Of a stretch of DNA of 64,000 nt, positions 49,284 to 63,700 are shown one piece after another (position 1 is the first letter of the stretch; each line of letters begins with the position of its first letter). The stretch covers positions 26,920,070-26,984,069 of the forward strand of contig NC_092671.1 in NCBI RefSeq assembly GCF_964355755.1. The letters are read 5' to 3'. This DNA comes from Antedon mediterranea (Eukaryota > Animalia > Echinodermata). Position numbers and translations under genes: made by a program. The notes under the pieces are model-generated. The model did no database searches. It saw nothing but the letters and a program-made list of their open reading frames with translations, and was not told the origin of the DNA.

Positions 49284-49914
49284 ATAAAACTAGGATTCAG
49301 TTAATTTTGCCCTTACGTATGGTAAACTACATCAAAAAGCATCGATGGCGCCGCGCCTCATAATTAACCTGCCTCCTATAGGGTATACGACACGGATGAA
49401 TGCGTTCAACTTGACAACTTTTCTTCTCTAGCTAGCTAGCTATAGCAGCCCAGCCTCTGTAGCAGCCTCTAGCGCAGCGCCGCCCATAGTTGCCATTTCT
49501 GGCATTATTATGCTTTTTGGCATTATTTGGAGGCATTATTTAGCCGTTTTTAGCATAATCTGGCATAATTTTGTGTTTTTTGAACAACCAAAAAAATAAT
49601 ATACCACAGAACAAAAATAAAATATTTTGTTAATACATATCCTTACACAATATCATATCGTACAAAACAGATCTGTTCGGGTTTTCCGTACAATAGTTCT
49701 TCCATCCTTTCGGATAGGAAGGCTGCTCGAAAACTACCGTGTGTGCGATATAGGCAGCACAACAAATCCGAAGAGGCTACCTATTGGCCAATGCTCTATT
49801 TCAGAGACCATGCAGGTTATTGGATCCCCAGATATAGAGACAATTGCACGAAAACACATTATGAAAGGGGTTTTGTTTTTTCAGTTCATAATTATAAGCG
49901 GCCACACCCGCACT

Positions 49915-51980
49915 GAGTGTTGACAAAGTGCGAGGCAGCGAGGCACGCGAGGCAAGCGAGGCAAGCCAAATATTTGTGCGAGGCATCATTTTATCATTTC
50001 CAAAAGTGCGAGGCATGCGAGGCATATAGTTTACAATTTCAAAAAGGTGCGAGGCATATCTTAACGTGCTATTATGCTATATTATAGGCCTAATAATCAA
50101 TCGATACAAGCGTATTTAAATAGATTCGTGTATACACTCATTATGTTGTTTATTTTTATGTAACGATTGTTTTTTCATTCAAGTCATATCGTGTCAAATT
50201 TTACTTTACAAAAGTGCCCAAACTACGGTTCAAAAATCTGAACGACAGTCTTCAACTTTCGATAAACAATAATTGTTATAGCGACACACTCATCAAATGA
50301 CTGCAATGTTTGTTGGCATTTCGAGCGTGTTCACTCACATGTCTCTCGAACATAGCAGAGTGAAAATTATATTTTGTCACACCCCTGCGCCTAGATCCGG
50401 TAGACCCGAGAGATGGAAAATCCCTCTTTACTATTTAGCAGGTAGCGGAATGATTCAGCCCTCAGCTCAGAGGATTGTGGTGCATTCCCCTCCTATAGCA
50501 CGTGGTTTCAGCAGCAACGCACAGACTTCTCTCTGAGCGGCGTGCCAGAGACATTTTTGACATTCCATTCTCTAGGAACAACACGTGTACCTCTCTCGCA
50601 AATAAGGTGAACAGCGATTGCCAGGACAAGTTCAATAACTGGCGGTGAATAAAAGGTAACTGATATGCCGATCCAATAACATGCCGCAAAGAAAAAAATT
50701 GCGACAGAATTCTGGAGCGCGTGTGAAAAAAGACTTACGTCCGACAATTGTAATACTAGGCCTAAAATAAAACTTTAGCTAATATGCTTAGCCCTAACCT
50801 AGATAAAGGCTTATGTAGAAAATAATTTAATCAATTTTGATAAAATAATAATTGGTGTAATATTTAATAATGATACACTATTCCTGTTTTAGTAAGCTAG
50901 GTATATTACGAACGATTTTTATTTATTGTTGTCCATGTACGTACTAATAAACCTGGCGCTAGTTTCCTTCGCTTATATTTTTACTCCAAATTTGATAACT
51001 AACTTTATCGTGTGAATACCACACCTTAGAAGTATACCTCATGAGTACTTTAATGAAAGAATCACATAAAAAGTAACAAATAAATCCTTAAATTAATGAT
51101 TTCACAGGCGTGTTTCTCGCACACTGTTCGCGAATTTCACTTATTCAATGTTCAATATTTTTTGTTTCTATGGAGCGCCAAAAGAGCAACGATAATAGAG
51201 GACTAAAACTCAGTGGAATGCGTCAATTTCTCATGCATTTATTGGTGAAAAACACGTTTTATTTCCATATATTTGTTAATTTGTCAATAAAAATGTTGTA
51301 ATATGTTACTGCTGATACTGTTCTGTTTTCAAAGAATAATAATCAATCCTAAATCAACATCACTACCTAGTCTAGACCTAGGACATCCTACTAAGGATAT
51401 TATGATGAATTTTTCTATTTTATTCTTTAAAAGGTTAACGAAACCGTGTACATTATCAACAGTAACATTTTTCCTTACTGACAGTGACAAAATCTATTGA
51501 AATTGTACTTGATTTTCACCAAATAATGCGTTAAATATAAATGGATTCCACAGAGTTTTTAGCCCTCTAATTAATTTTGCTCTTTTGGCGTTCCATAGAA
51601 ACCAAAATATTGAACATTGAGTGTGCGAAATGCGAGAAAAACAACGTCTGTAAAATCACCAATTTAATGGATTTATTGTTACTTTTATGTGATTTTTCTT
51701 CATTAAAGTAGGCCTACTAATTCTAAGCTGTGGTATTCAGGATAAAGCCTTGGTTAAATTACAAGGCAGGTGCAAAAGGAAACTAGCCTAGCGGGCCTAT
51801 AGGCCTAGCCCTAGGCTACTTCAATTTCGGTGATTTCCTGCCTTGCAATTTTGAGAAATGATAAAATGATGCCTCGCATTTTTTGATGATGGTAAAACGA
51901 TGCCTCGCATAAATTTCTGACTTGCCTCGCATGCCTTCCCTGCCTCGCGTGCCTCGCTGCCTCGCACTTTGTTACTACCC
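49915..51980. mobile_element. Mutator-like (MULE) non-autonomous element
   Basis: 9-bp TSD ACCCGCACT (49906-49914, 51981-51989). Long imperfect TIRs built of GCGAGGCA subrepeats. No transposase ORF. Confidence 0.8.
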
Positions 51981-52002
51981 ACCCGCACTCACTCTATATC
52001 AT

Positions 52003-52835
52003 GGGCTAAGATCCTGGAGGTACTAATAAATTTATTTTAGATTTGAAATTAAGTGCCATTTCCGGCCATTGAGCAGCTCTATTTTTTCAAATTTTCTTAC
52101 CTCAGCCCCAACCATGAGGTCCTGGAGACACAATTAATATATATTTTTATTTCCTATTTTAAATTATAATTGCCATTTTCGAACTATGATGGGCTAAGAT
52201 CCTGGAGGTACTAATAAATATATTTTTATTTCATATTTGAAATTAAGTGCCATTTCCGCCCATTGAGCAGCTCTATTTTTCCAAATTTTCTTACCTCAGC
52301 ACCAGCCATGGTGGAGCTGAGGTCCTGGAGACACTTAATATATATTTTTATTTCCTATTTTAAATTATAATTGCCATTTTCGAACTATAGTGGGCTAAGA
52401 TCCTGGAGGTACTAATAAATATATTTTTATTTCATATCTGAAATTAAGTGCCATTTCCGGCCATCGAGCAGCTCTATTTTTCAAATGTTTGTACCTCAGT
52501 CCAAACCATGGTGGGGCTGAGGTCCTGGAGACACTTAATATATATTTTGATTTCCTGTTTTCAATTATAATTGCCATTTTCGAACTATGGTGGGCTAAGA
52601 TCCTGGAGACACTAATAAATATATTTTTATTTCATATTTTAAATTAAGTGGCATTTCCGGCCATCAGCATTTTTCAAAATTTTCTTATCAACCATGGTGG
52701 GGCTGAGGTCCTGGAGACACTTAATATATATTTTTATTTCCTATTTTAAATTATAATTGCCATTTTCTAATTATGGTGGGCTAAGATCCTTTCATATTTG
52801 TTAATCAATTAAGTGCAAAGATCGAGCAGCTCTCA
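52003..52835. repeat. Satellite array of ~190-200-bp dimeric units
   Basis: GGGCTAAGATCCT at 52003, 52191, 52392, 52591 and 52778. Each unit also holds a related GGGCTGAGGTCCTGGAG half. Confidence 0.85.
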
Positions 52836-53754
52836 TATTTCAGCTCAAAAATTCTAAATTTCCATGGCTGTAACAGGTTTTTTTTGGGGGGTGGGGGGGG
52901 GGGGGAGAAGGGTTCGTGGGTTCGTGTTTGTGTCATTTGCAATCCCAGATATTTTTAGAATTATTAGTTATTACTCACAAAACTAAAAATACAATTTTTG
53001 AACGACATAGGGATACAATTTAGGCCCTATTTTGTGTCAGTTGGGGTTTTACAAATGTTTATTAGACATACAACCGTTGGTGGCGCTGTTTAGGACCACA
53101 TTTTGGGGATCTGGCATTATTTTTCCCAATCTGGCATTATTTGAGACAGGATACGGCATAATTTAAATTTTATCGCTGGCAACGCTGAACTCTGCATGCA
53201 TCATCCATGATCCATGTGCAATGCATGCGTGGTGTGTGTGATGCTGATTGAGAGAACGAAGCTTTAAAATTAATTGTGTTTCGTAGCCCAAACAGCCCCT
53301 CTAAAATTACTCAAATTGTTTTTTTCTCTGCTAGTAAGATGTGTCATTATTTACCTGGGGCCTAGAGATATTGTTCACTTTAGTATAATAAATGTAAATA
53401 TGATTAGGCCCATGTCTATGTATGGCCTAATAAAAGCCTAGGCCTAGGCTTAGTAGGCCTAAAAATAGTAGTGTTAGATTCGCCGTTGGTGGAACGTTTC
53501 GGCACGGGACGTGGACGATTCGCCCCATTTAATAGTATTGTCTAATTTGCAATTGATGATATGCATTTTTATTTTTATAACATGCACTTTCGCAAACAAT
53601 CTCTTGAGCTCACCCAATTTAAAAACTTTAAAATTTAAAAAGTTAAATTGGACTGGTGAGTTAAATTAAACCGTGCAGTCCAATGCCCAGTTCCGTTCTA
53701 GGTGAATAACTTTGTGTTATTGTATTTGGACTCCTGGATAGTTTTTACGATTTC

Positions 53755-54503
53755 GATCCAAGTCGGCCCTAAACCGTCTCGGCCAAAGTCAAGTCGGCCC
53801 CAAGTCAAGTCGGCCTCAAGTCAACTCGGACTCAAGTCAACTCGGCCAAAAAATAATCGGTCAACTCGGCCCCGTTAAAGTATGGAACGCAAAAAGTGCA
53901 AATGAAGGGGATTGATAAAATAATATTTCTTCACAATTTTTTAACTATAAATAATTCTGACTTTTAATGAATATTAATATTTAGACAATAATATATTTAG
54001 CATAAAAAATAGGAATGATTTCACCAACTTTCCTTTATTTACGTTTAATAAAATTTCAAATTGCACAATTAAAAACAATTTGTAGCTGCGCCTCCCTGCG
54101 CCTTTGGCAGCTTTTTCGATATCTATAACTGCTACGTGTTTTCACTGACCGAAATCATGGACAAAAACGATGTACGATCATTTTTTCCATGAGTGGCCAA
54201 ATGGTGGAACGTACTTTAGGCCTCCGTCTTCGATTTACTAAAATGCGGTACCTGCACGTGTTTTTGTAACACGCGGGTACTTATATTCATATCGGGTTTA
54301 TATATTATTTAATTATATTTTTTTTTTTATTTCCTCATTTTTTTTAAAGCGTGGATAGTAAGAATCATAATAATATTAAGCACTTTTTGCGTTCCATACT
54401 TTATTGTAACAGAGTTTTTGGCCGAGTTGACTTGAGGCCGACTTGACGTGGGGCCGACTTGACTTTGGCCGAGACGGTTTAGGGCCAACTTGACCTGCAC
54501 CCG
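53755..54503. mobile_element. Foldback-type non-autonomous DNA element
   Basis: Long TIRs of ~15-bp AAGTCAAGTCGGCC subrepeats, plus an inner IR AAAGTATGGAACGCAAAAAGTGC / GCACTTTTTGCGTTCCATACTTT. Confidence 0.75.
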
Positions 54504-54761
54504 TTTTTACCCACCCCGCTTAAAATTGTTTCAGTACTTACTCACAGGTTGTCTACAACGTCTCCCAAGTGTTAACATTTTTAAAATGTATTTTTTAACT
54601 AGGCGTAGGCTCTCTTTTAGATAATGAATGATTGCACACCCTTTAGAAATACATTTCACCAGCTTTGTTTTGCAGACATTAAAAAACTACATTTTTTAGA
54701 ATTTAATTTCTAATGTGCTTTTATATTTTAGAGATCTTCATTTGATCTGCTTTGTGTAGTC

Positions 54762-57700
54762 ATGGCACCACTTTGCAGTCTTTTATTCAATACAGCAGTT
54801 ATTTGTAAGTACACTATACTCGCTATGATGTTTTATCTACTGAATTTTAAATGATAAATACTGTATATCTTGAATAGATATTAATACATTTTTAATAATT
54901 TTAAAATTTCTATTTAGATTTGTGCCTAATTTTGAAAGGTGTCATTTGTAAAGATACTTCTGCAATAAATAAACAAATCGAACAAGTTTATGAATATCAA
55001 GGTAATATCCATAATTTGTATCATTATTAGTTATTTAAAAATCATTATTCAAAATTATGTTAACCCTGTATATTAACAGAGGTATAACTATTTTAAAAAC
55101 AAACCACTGGATAGTTCAATTTAAATTAAAACAAAAATTAAGTGCAATATTTAATAAGGATATATTGTCTTCCTGAAGCAATAACTTAAAAATGATTTTG
55201 TATAACTTTATAAATATGCCATTTTAATGTCGCATAATAATTATGATATACGGTAGTCATAAATTCACTTTGACCAAAATTTAGATTGAGAAAAAAAAAT
55301 TGATTTACCTAAAAAAACAATAATTGAAACCATCAAATTGCCTGTCAGACAATGGCCATTTTTTTGGTTAAATTAAACTATTTATTTTGTCAAATACAAA
55401 TACTTAGGTACTATAATTGACAACAAATTAAAATGGAAGTCAAACTCTCTCATGATTTCCAAGAAGGCATCTCAAAGGCTCTACTTTCTCAGAAAACTCA
55501 AGCAAATTAGAGTTGATAACACTATTTTAATTCTATTTTATCAAAGTATTATTCAAAGTATTTTATCTTTTAGCATTGGATGTTTTTATGGTAACTTTAC
55601 TGAAAATGATAAGAAAAATATTGAGAGACCACGTAAAATTGCACAACGTATTATTAAAGCTGATCTAACGCCTTGTTCATTTATCTATGAAAAGAGTATT
55701 CTAAAAAAAAGTAAACAATATTATGAAAGACCCCACTCATCCGTTACATTACTGTTATAACTTAAATAGATCAAGCATTAGGCTACGACCTCCAAGAGCA
55801 AATCTTTGTAGAACTAGAAAATCCTTCGTTGTAAATAGCATTCATATTTTTAATTCTAATGTAAGACGTTAATGCAATTTTTAATAGTTTTACATTTTTA
55901 ACAGTATTTTTTACTTTTTATCTTGTATTTTTAATCTGTTATAATACTGCACGTTTTTAAATTGTTGCAATACTGTTTTTTTAATCTACCAAGCAAAGTG
56001 AATTTCCATTTTTATGGACAAATAAAATTTCTTGAATCTTGAATCTTGTCTTTTGTGAAATTATTATTTTGTTTTTCTATGGAAGTGAATAACTTTAAAA
56101 CTGCTATTTAAAGTGTGATTTCATATCTTCAAATTTGTTTTTGGGGGACAATATACATCTTTAATTTAGTAATTGTCTTTTGTATTGTAGATATTGCAAA
56201 CAAAATAATAAATTTTACAACAATTGGAAAAGGCAAAGGTCAAGTGTACACTCGACTGGCAGACTTTGTAGATACATTTGGGAGCAGAATTGCTGGCTCC
56301 AAAAACCTTGAAAATGCTATTGGTGAGTCTACTGTTCTTAAAACTACTATATGTACCCACATTCTTCCAATCAAATGACAAAGAATCTGTTTATTTGTTT
56401 TATAATACATTATATAAATAAGGTAGCTAATACAATATCATCATCATTATCTACAAACAGTAACTATCGGCAAAAATATCTTAGAAGGTTATATATTCAA
56501 CTTTTATTGCCACATAAAAAATATGGACTTGGTTGGAGACACAGTTTTATCATTGTTTGCTTCATCATCAAAGCCTGTATTTGTCAGCTGAATTAAACAA
56601 CAAGGATCGTAAGCCTCATCGTTGCGCATGTATACATCCAATTGCTATTATTACTGAGTGGGAATACAGACATGCACAGTTTTTGTTTGGTATTTGATGG
56701 CTTGGCATTAAATATACAACAGAGCTATTAACCAATCAGATGTCTTGAAATATAATTTAAACTAGATTTAATTCGTCACTATGACGAATTATAGGTTATA
56801 TGCATTGATTTAAATAAAGATAATTGATTGATTTAAGATATTTTGATTGATTGATTTTCTCAGAATCTTTAGTTATTTATAATATATGATAGGATCTTGC
56901 TAACGCAAATACAATAGCCGGTATCATAATCCGATCAAAGATCCTTCTGCGTATATAATGTCATAAACCACATTTGTGTTTTTAAATAAATTTCATTATA
57001 AATCATCTGTATAATCTATACGCTAAGAAATACAATTGAACAAACAATACGGGTAATAAAAAAAATCTTATTTCGTTTCGTTTCCCAAGATGAGACTCGA
57101 ACTCGGTACCTTGAATGCTATAGACACGAGCACAGACCATCGAGCCATACACAACTGACTAAAAATTATGGAAAGATTCCTCCGTGTATTTACTATGCAG
57201 TATCCACTTTGGTGCAGATAGATTATTACATACCGCAATGAATTATAATGTTTTACTATGATGACATCTTTAAAGATTTTTAAAAATGATGCACTGTCAA
57301 ACTATATACTTTTAACTTTAATATATGAAATTCTTAAGGAAGAAAGTTAATGTTAAGTTTGTTATTTCGGCCTAAGAAAATGTTATAATTTGTTTGATTG
57401 TCGAAATTAATTTTTGTAAATTTAATATGCCATTAATGATGACTTAATCAACTTTTGTTCTCTTAATTTCATAATAAATCATACATATGATACATACACT
57501 TCAAGAAAATGAAATAAAAAATCGGTGTTCCCGAGCATTCTAACGATATATATTAATTTTAAAATTTTAATATTTTCACCATTTTGTTAACTTACACGTG
57601 CGTAGCCTGTCACTTTTGACGTGCTCGTATAACGCTGTTTCGCGTTGAAAAGTTAATACAATATGATGATATTGTTAAAGAAAGGTTATACAACAGTAAT

Positions 57701-60700
57701 CGGACAAAAACAGTGCGCAATAACGTTTGACGCGCAGTGCGCATGCAAAAATCTGCGCACTTATGGCAATTTTTTAAACGCTTAAAATTGCCTGAAACGT
57801 ACTCTAATTTCATCGAAAATAAATTCTGAAAATTTTGAACATTTTAAGCGCGCGTACGCATGCGTTATATGCGCTACGCACGTAATTGTATTGCCATATA
57901 ATGAAATGTGACCTGAAATTTATGAGTACCAAATTTTGTTTAAAAGTGATTCATGCTTGTGAAGATATGATTACAAGCGTGATTTCGTTAAATCGCGCGT
58001 AGACCGCGTAATGTTTGATTGCGCACCGTGAAAACATAACCACATCGATTCCTGGCCATAAGGAATATACTCTGAAAAATTGACTTAGTTAGATGAAACT
58101 GATATCAAGATAATTGACGGACAAATAGTGCTAAGGAAAGAATAAATAAATAAACTAGATTTAATTCGTCACTATGACGAATTATAGGTTATATGCATTG
58201 ATTTAAATAAAGATAATTGATTTTTAAAAGAAATATTGATTGATTGATTTTCTCAGAATCTTTAATTATTTATAATATATGATAGGACCTTGCTAACGCG
58301 AACACCATAGCAGGTATCACAATCCGATCAAAGATCCATATGCGTATAATGTCATAAACCACATTTGTTGTTACATAATAATAAAGACATAAGTTAATTT
58401 TTATCTAGATTTCATTATAAATCATGTGTATAATCTATACACTAAGAAATAAATTTGAACAAACAATACGGATAATAAAAAAAAAATCTTATTTCGTTTC
58501 CCAAGGTGAGACTCGATCTCGGTACCTTGAATGCCATAGACACGAGCACAGACCAGCGAGCCGTACACAACTGACTAAAAGTTGTAGAAAAATTCCTCCG
58601 TGTATTTACTATGCAGTAACCACTTTGATGCAAATAGATTATTACATACCGAAATGAATTATAATTTTTTACTATGATGACATCTTTAAAATGTATACAA
58701 ATGATGCACTGTCAAACTACATACTTTTAACTTTAATATATGAATTTTTGAAGGAAGAAAGTTAATGTTAAGTTTGTTATTTTGGCCTAAGAAAATGTCA
58801 TAATTTGTTTGATTGTCGAAATTATTTTTTTTAAATTTAATATGCAATTAATAATGACTTAATCAACTTTTGTTCTCTTTATTTGATAATAAATCATACA
58901 TATGATACATACACTTCAAGAAAATGAAATAAAAAATAGGTGTTCCCCTGCATTCTGACGATATATATTAATTTTAAAATTTAGCATATTTTCACCATTT
59001 TGTTAACTTATACGTGCGTAGCCAGTCACTTTTGACGTGCTCGTATAACGCAATTTCGAGTTGAAACCTGAATCAAATATGATGATATTATTAAAGAAAG
59101 ATTGTAAAACAGAAATCGGGCAAAAAGAGTGCGCATTAACGTTTAACGCGCAGTGCGCGTGCAAAAATCTGCGCACTCATGGCAATTTTTTAAACGCTTA
59201 AAATTGCCTGAAACGTACTCTAATTTCATCGAAAATAAATTTTGACAATTTTAAACATTTTAAGCGCGCGTATGCAAGCGTTATATGCGCTACGCACGTA
59301 ATTGTATTTCCATATGATGAAATATGACCTGAAATTTACGAGTACCAAATTTTGTTTAATTGTGATTCATGCTTGTGAAGATATGATTACAAACGTGATT
59401 TCGTAAAATCGCGCGTAGACCGCGTAATTTTTGATTGCGCATCGTGAAAATATAACCACATCGATTCCTGGCCATAAGGAATATACTCTGAAAACTTGAC
59501 TTAGCTAGATGAAACTGATGCCAAGATAATTCACGGACAAAATAGTGCTAAGGAAAGAATAAATAAATAAATAAATAAAGATTTTGACAGAATCAAGAGG
59601 TTATATGCATATCATGCATATAACCTAATTAATTGCAGTTAACTACATTTATTTCAGATTACATGTTAAACACAATGAAAAAAGCAGGATTAGAGAATGT
59701 ACATGGAGAAAATGTGACAGTAAGAATGCTTTAAACAGAATTTATTATTCATAGCAAAGACCCAATTTTATTCTCCCAATATACTAATAATGTCCCTGTT
59801 TGCATATCACTTGTTGTAGAGTAGTAGAAAAATAGTAATATCTTTCAAAATTTGGCCATTCACCATTGATAATGATTTGGCACTGATCATGATCAAGACA
59901 TTTTATGTGTACCTAAATTGAACAAATATGTGATCCGCTTAATCACCCTAACATGATCTAATGGAGAAACATAATTTATTAACCTACTGTAGTTTAACAT
60001 TATTGTACTTTATTGTTTATATACAAGAAACTTGTGAATAAAAGTGATATCACTTTTAATTATACTTTGCAATAACTTTATTTAAATCAAAATCAGTATA
60101 AACCATGTACTTTCCTTTTTGACTTTGACTTTATTTACGTTTGCTTATTCGATTTCATTTAAACAGGTACCTCATTGGGTGAGAGGAAATGAATCAGCAA
60201 CTATGTTAGAACCAAGACATTACAAAATTGCAATGATGGGTCTTGGAAGTAGTATTGGTACTCCAGAGCAAGGTAACCGTATTTATTCGAATAAACGAGC
60301 CTCTAATAACCTTTCCCGGCATTACATACGCCCCTAAAAACCCTCCTGAAGAAAAAAACGCCCCGCATTCATTCGAAATGAAATCATAAGAGACAACAAA
60401 AATCTGTTTTTTTTATTGTTGGGTATACCAACATTCTGCAAAAATGTGGGCTGTGAGACTGCTTGAGAAATTTGTTTACAAAATAAATATGCAGATTATT
60501 TTTTCCAGCAGCCACACTAGCGGCACAATGTATGTATACATAGTCATAGTGTATAAACCTACGTACTACACCGTAGTATAACAAAAAGTATTTCACCCGC
60601 CTTGTTATATTCAACTTTGTCAACGATGTGGATGGGCCAAAAGCAATACATGCACCACTATTGGATGGACTGTGGACTGACACGACACAGTGACATGATG

Positions 60701-63700
60701 TTGTGTGCAGTATAATGGGGAGACACCGGGCTATGATGAATTTGCTTTACAATTTTCTGTGACCTAGAGGGCCATATTACCATTTTTTTAAGCTCAACCA
60801 TATACTTTTATGTGTAATACGATATATTTTGGATGTTATGAACAAAACACTTTAAAATCAGTGTGATTGTAATACAAAACGTATTTTATGAAATATATAT
60901 CAACAGGTCTCACAGCTGAGGTTTTAGTTGTTCATTCTTTTGATGAGCTAACAAAGAAAGCAGACCAGGTGAGCAAATTTATACATAGCACGGCAATCTA
61001 ACAACTTTGACCTCAGTATGTCTGGCTGTGACAAATACCAACAGTACTGTACTATGTACACATTCTCCACAGCACAGTGTCTATTAACCAAACATTTAAT
61101 GAAGCCAATTGGCCAATAGAAAATCATTCAAAAAGTTTAGGGTGCGTGGAACCGATTGTGTCGCTCAATAAGCTTAAGGTGCGTGGTTGTTAGATTGCCT
61201 TGTACATACCACCAGTGACATTTTAAAACATTTAATGATAATATTTGACGCAACAACAAAACATGTTTGCACGTTTTGTCATAAAGTTTAACCAGATTCT
61301 ACTATTCTGTCGAAAGTTTAGCAGCATTATGCACGACATCACCTTAAACACTTTGCGGTGTTAATCAGTCAATAAAAAAAACACAAAAGTTGGAAAAACA
61401 TAAATGCAGCAGCTGACATAAACCACTTAAACAAATGTATAATATTTAATGATTAATAGTCTTTATTCTATTATTCAAACTGATTGTTCTACTTAGCTAC
61501 ATTTAATTTTGTTTTCATATTATTATTGTTGTATTACATTTTTGTTTTTTTTAGGTGCCCAAACCTAAATTTGAAATGAAGTGTAATAGTAAAAAAGCTA
61601 AACATTTGTTTTACTTCACTTGATCATCTCTGTTTATACAGGCTAAAGGCAAAATAGTGGTTTTTAATCAGGGATACGAGGGATACCCAACTAGTGTTGC
61701 ATATCGAGATTATAGTGCGAAAGAAACAGCGAAAGTTGGCGGAGTAGCTAGCCTAATACGATCTGTTGCATCCTTCTCTATTCACAGTCCTCACACAGGT
61801 TGGCAGGTAAGCTGTACTTTAAAAATAGATAATTTATTAGTAAGCATAGTTTATTTAGCAGATTTTCAGCATTAGTATTGCTTGAATGTTTGCAAGTTTA
61901 AATCAATATGTTGTTAGGAGTGAGGATACGCAACAGTTCTTTTCAAAACTATATATGTGGTGTACTGCAAACTTGATATCAACATATTTTCAGTAATATG
62001 AGGAACAATGCTAACATGTAATAACATTTTTTTTTTATAAAGTTTTAAGTATTTCTGAAGGTTCAAATAAAATAGATGTATTTATTTTGCAGCCTGTAAA
62101 TTGCAGAAAAAAGGTTGTGGAAAATAGATTGGTGGAACCAATTCCAAAATACTTAAATAGGTTGAAATGAAGAGTTTACAATAATTCAGAATGCCTAAAC
62201 AGTACATACAACTAAACAATAACAAATATAACAGTAACAAAATACAATGCATCAAATCTAAATTTATTCAATTAATACCCTTTTCACATCAGCAAAAACT
62301 AACAACTTGTTACTTTTTAACAATTTATGCCTTTGCCAATTTATGTAAAAAGGGTTATTAAAGTTTAATATTTTCATAAATAATATTTTCCTTATTCTTC
62401 ACACACTGTACTGTATATGTAGCAGTAACATTGGTCTTTACAGGATTATGATGATAATATCAAAAAGATACCTACTGCATGTATTACTGTTGAAGATGCT
62501 GAGATGTTGGATAGAATGGCAAATAGAGGTAATATTAAATTACTGGTCTCCCTGCAATTAAAGACCATTGCACTGCGGCCCTGGGTTATCGTCTATAAAT
62601 CTTTTAACATTAGCTTCTCCCTCTAATGATTGACTCCCTCTAATTAGAGACCAAATAGGCCAATACATCTTGGATCAAAATGTATGCTTTAATATAGCTG
62701 TTACAAATTTGATTTGAAATATCACCTATAATTTATCTGTTCTGTTTTTTCTTGTGCAACTTTTGTCTCTAGGAACAAAGATTGTAATTCGTTTAAAAAT
62801 GGATGCTAAAAATCTACCTCCGGTTACGTCTCGGAACACAGTGGCTGAAATCAGAGGAAGTAAATATCCTGACGAGGTACTGTACTAATTTTTGTTTCCA
62901 AAAACACAGTAGCAAGAACCTGACTTGCAAGATGTGAAACAAACCTATCAATCCAGTTCAGCAAAGTTTCAAAATCATTTGTTTTGTTTTATTTAAATTA
63001 GGTTGTGTTAATATCAGGTCATCTTGATAGCTGGGATGTGGGTCAGGGTGCAATGGACGACGGTGGTGGCGCTTTCATATCATGGCAGGTAATGATTTTT
63101 CAGAATTCGTATTTTCATTTTTATTTTTTTTTAGAAAATCTTTTTTTTTTTTTGTGGCTTGCACTACCTTTATTATTATTATTATTTAAAGTCACAATAC
63201 AAACTTGTTACTTCTCAATTTAACATCAACAGTGATGTTATTCATGTTTTAATTTATTTATTAAAAAAATTGAAAATAATATCAATAATTATACACATTC
63301 ATATGCACTTTTAAAAAATAAAAAATATATATCATTTAATAAATCATTACCTATAAGCAAGAGTTTTTTCTTTCTTACACCTTTATTTGAATTAATAATT
63401 TATAATACTCACAGAGCTTGTAATTTGCAATGACTAAACTATGTATGTCACTTCATTATGCATGTGTCCTCACTCCTCACCTCACCTTAGGTCCAGACTA
63501 CATATCGATTGACCTGACCTACGTTGGTTCTTGGTTGTCGCAAATCAAATGCTTCCTATTGTTAACTCTGTTAAAGCTCTACAACTTTATGTGACAAAAA
63601 AAATGTGATGTGACCATATATGGACATGATGACGTCATATCACTATTATCATTTGGGCACATACTCACTTGTCAAACTAGTTTGATAGTGTAGACCAAGC

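Larger units (their letters stand above)
49486..53187. mobile_element. Possible hAT-like non-autonomous element hosting a MULE and a satellite
   Basis: CATAGTTGCCA / TGGCAACGCTG imperfect TIRs, with TGGCATTATT subterminal repeats at both ends. No 8-bp TSD seen. Confidence 0.4.

Noticed and set aside
52003-52835. Repeat-spacer array or coding repeat
   Set aside because: Whole units are repeated without variable spacers and there is no sustained ORF. It is a satellite.
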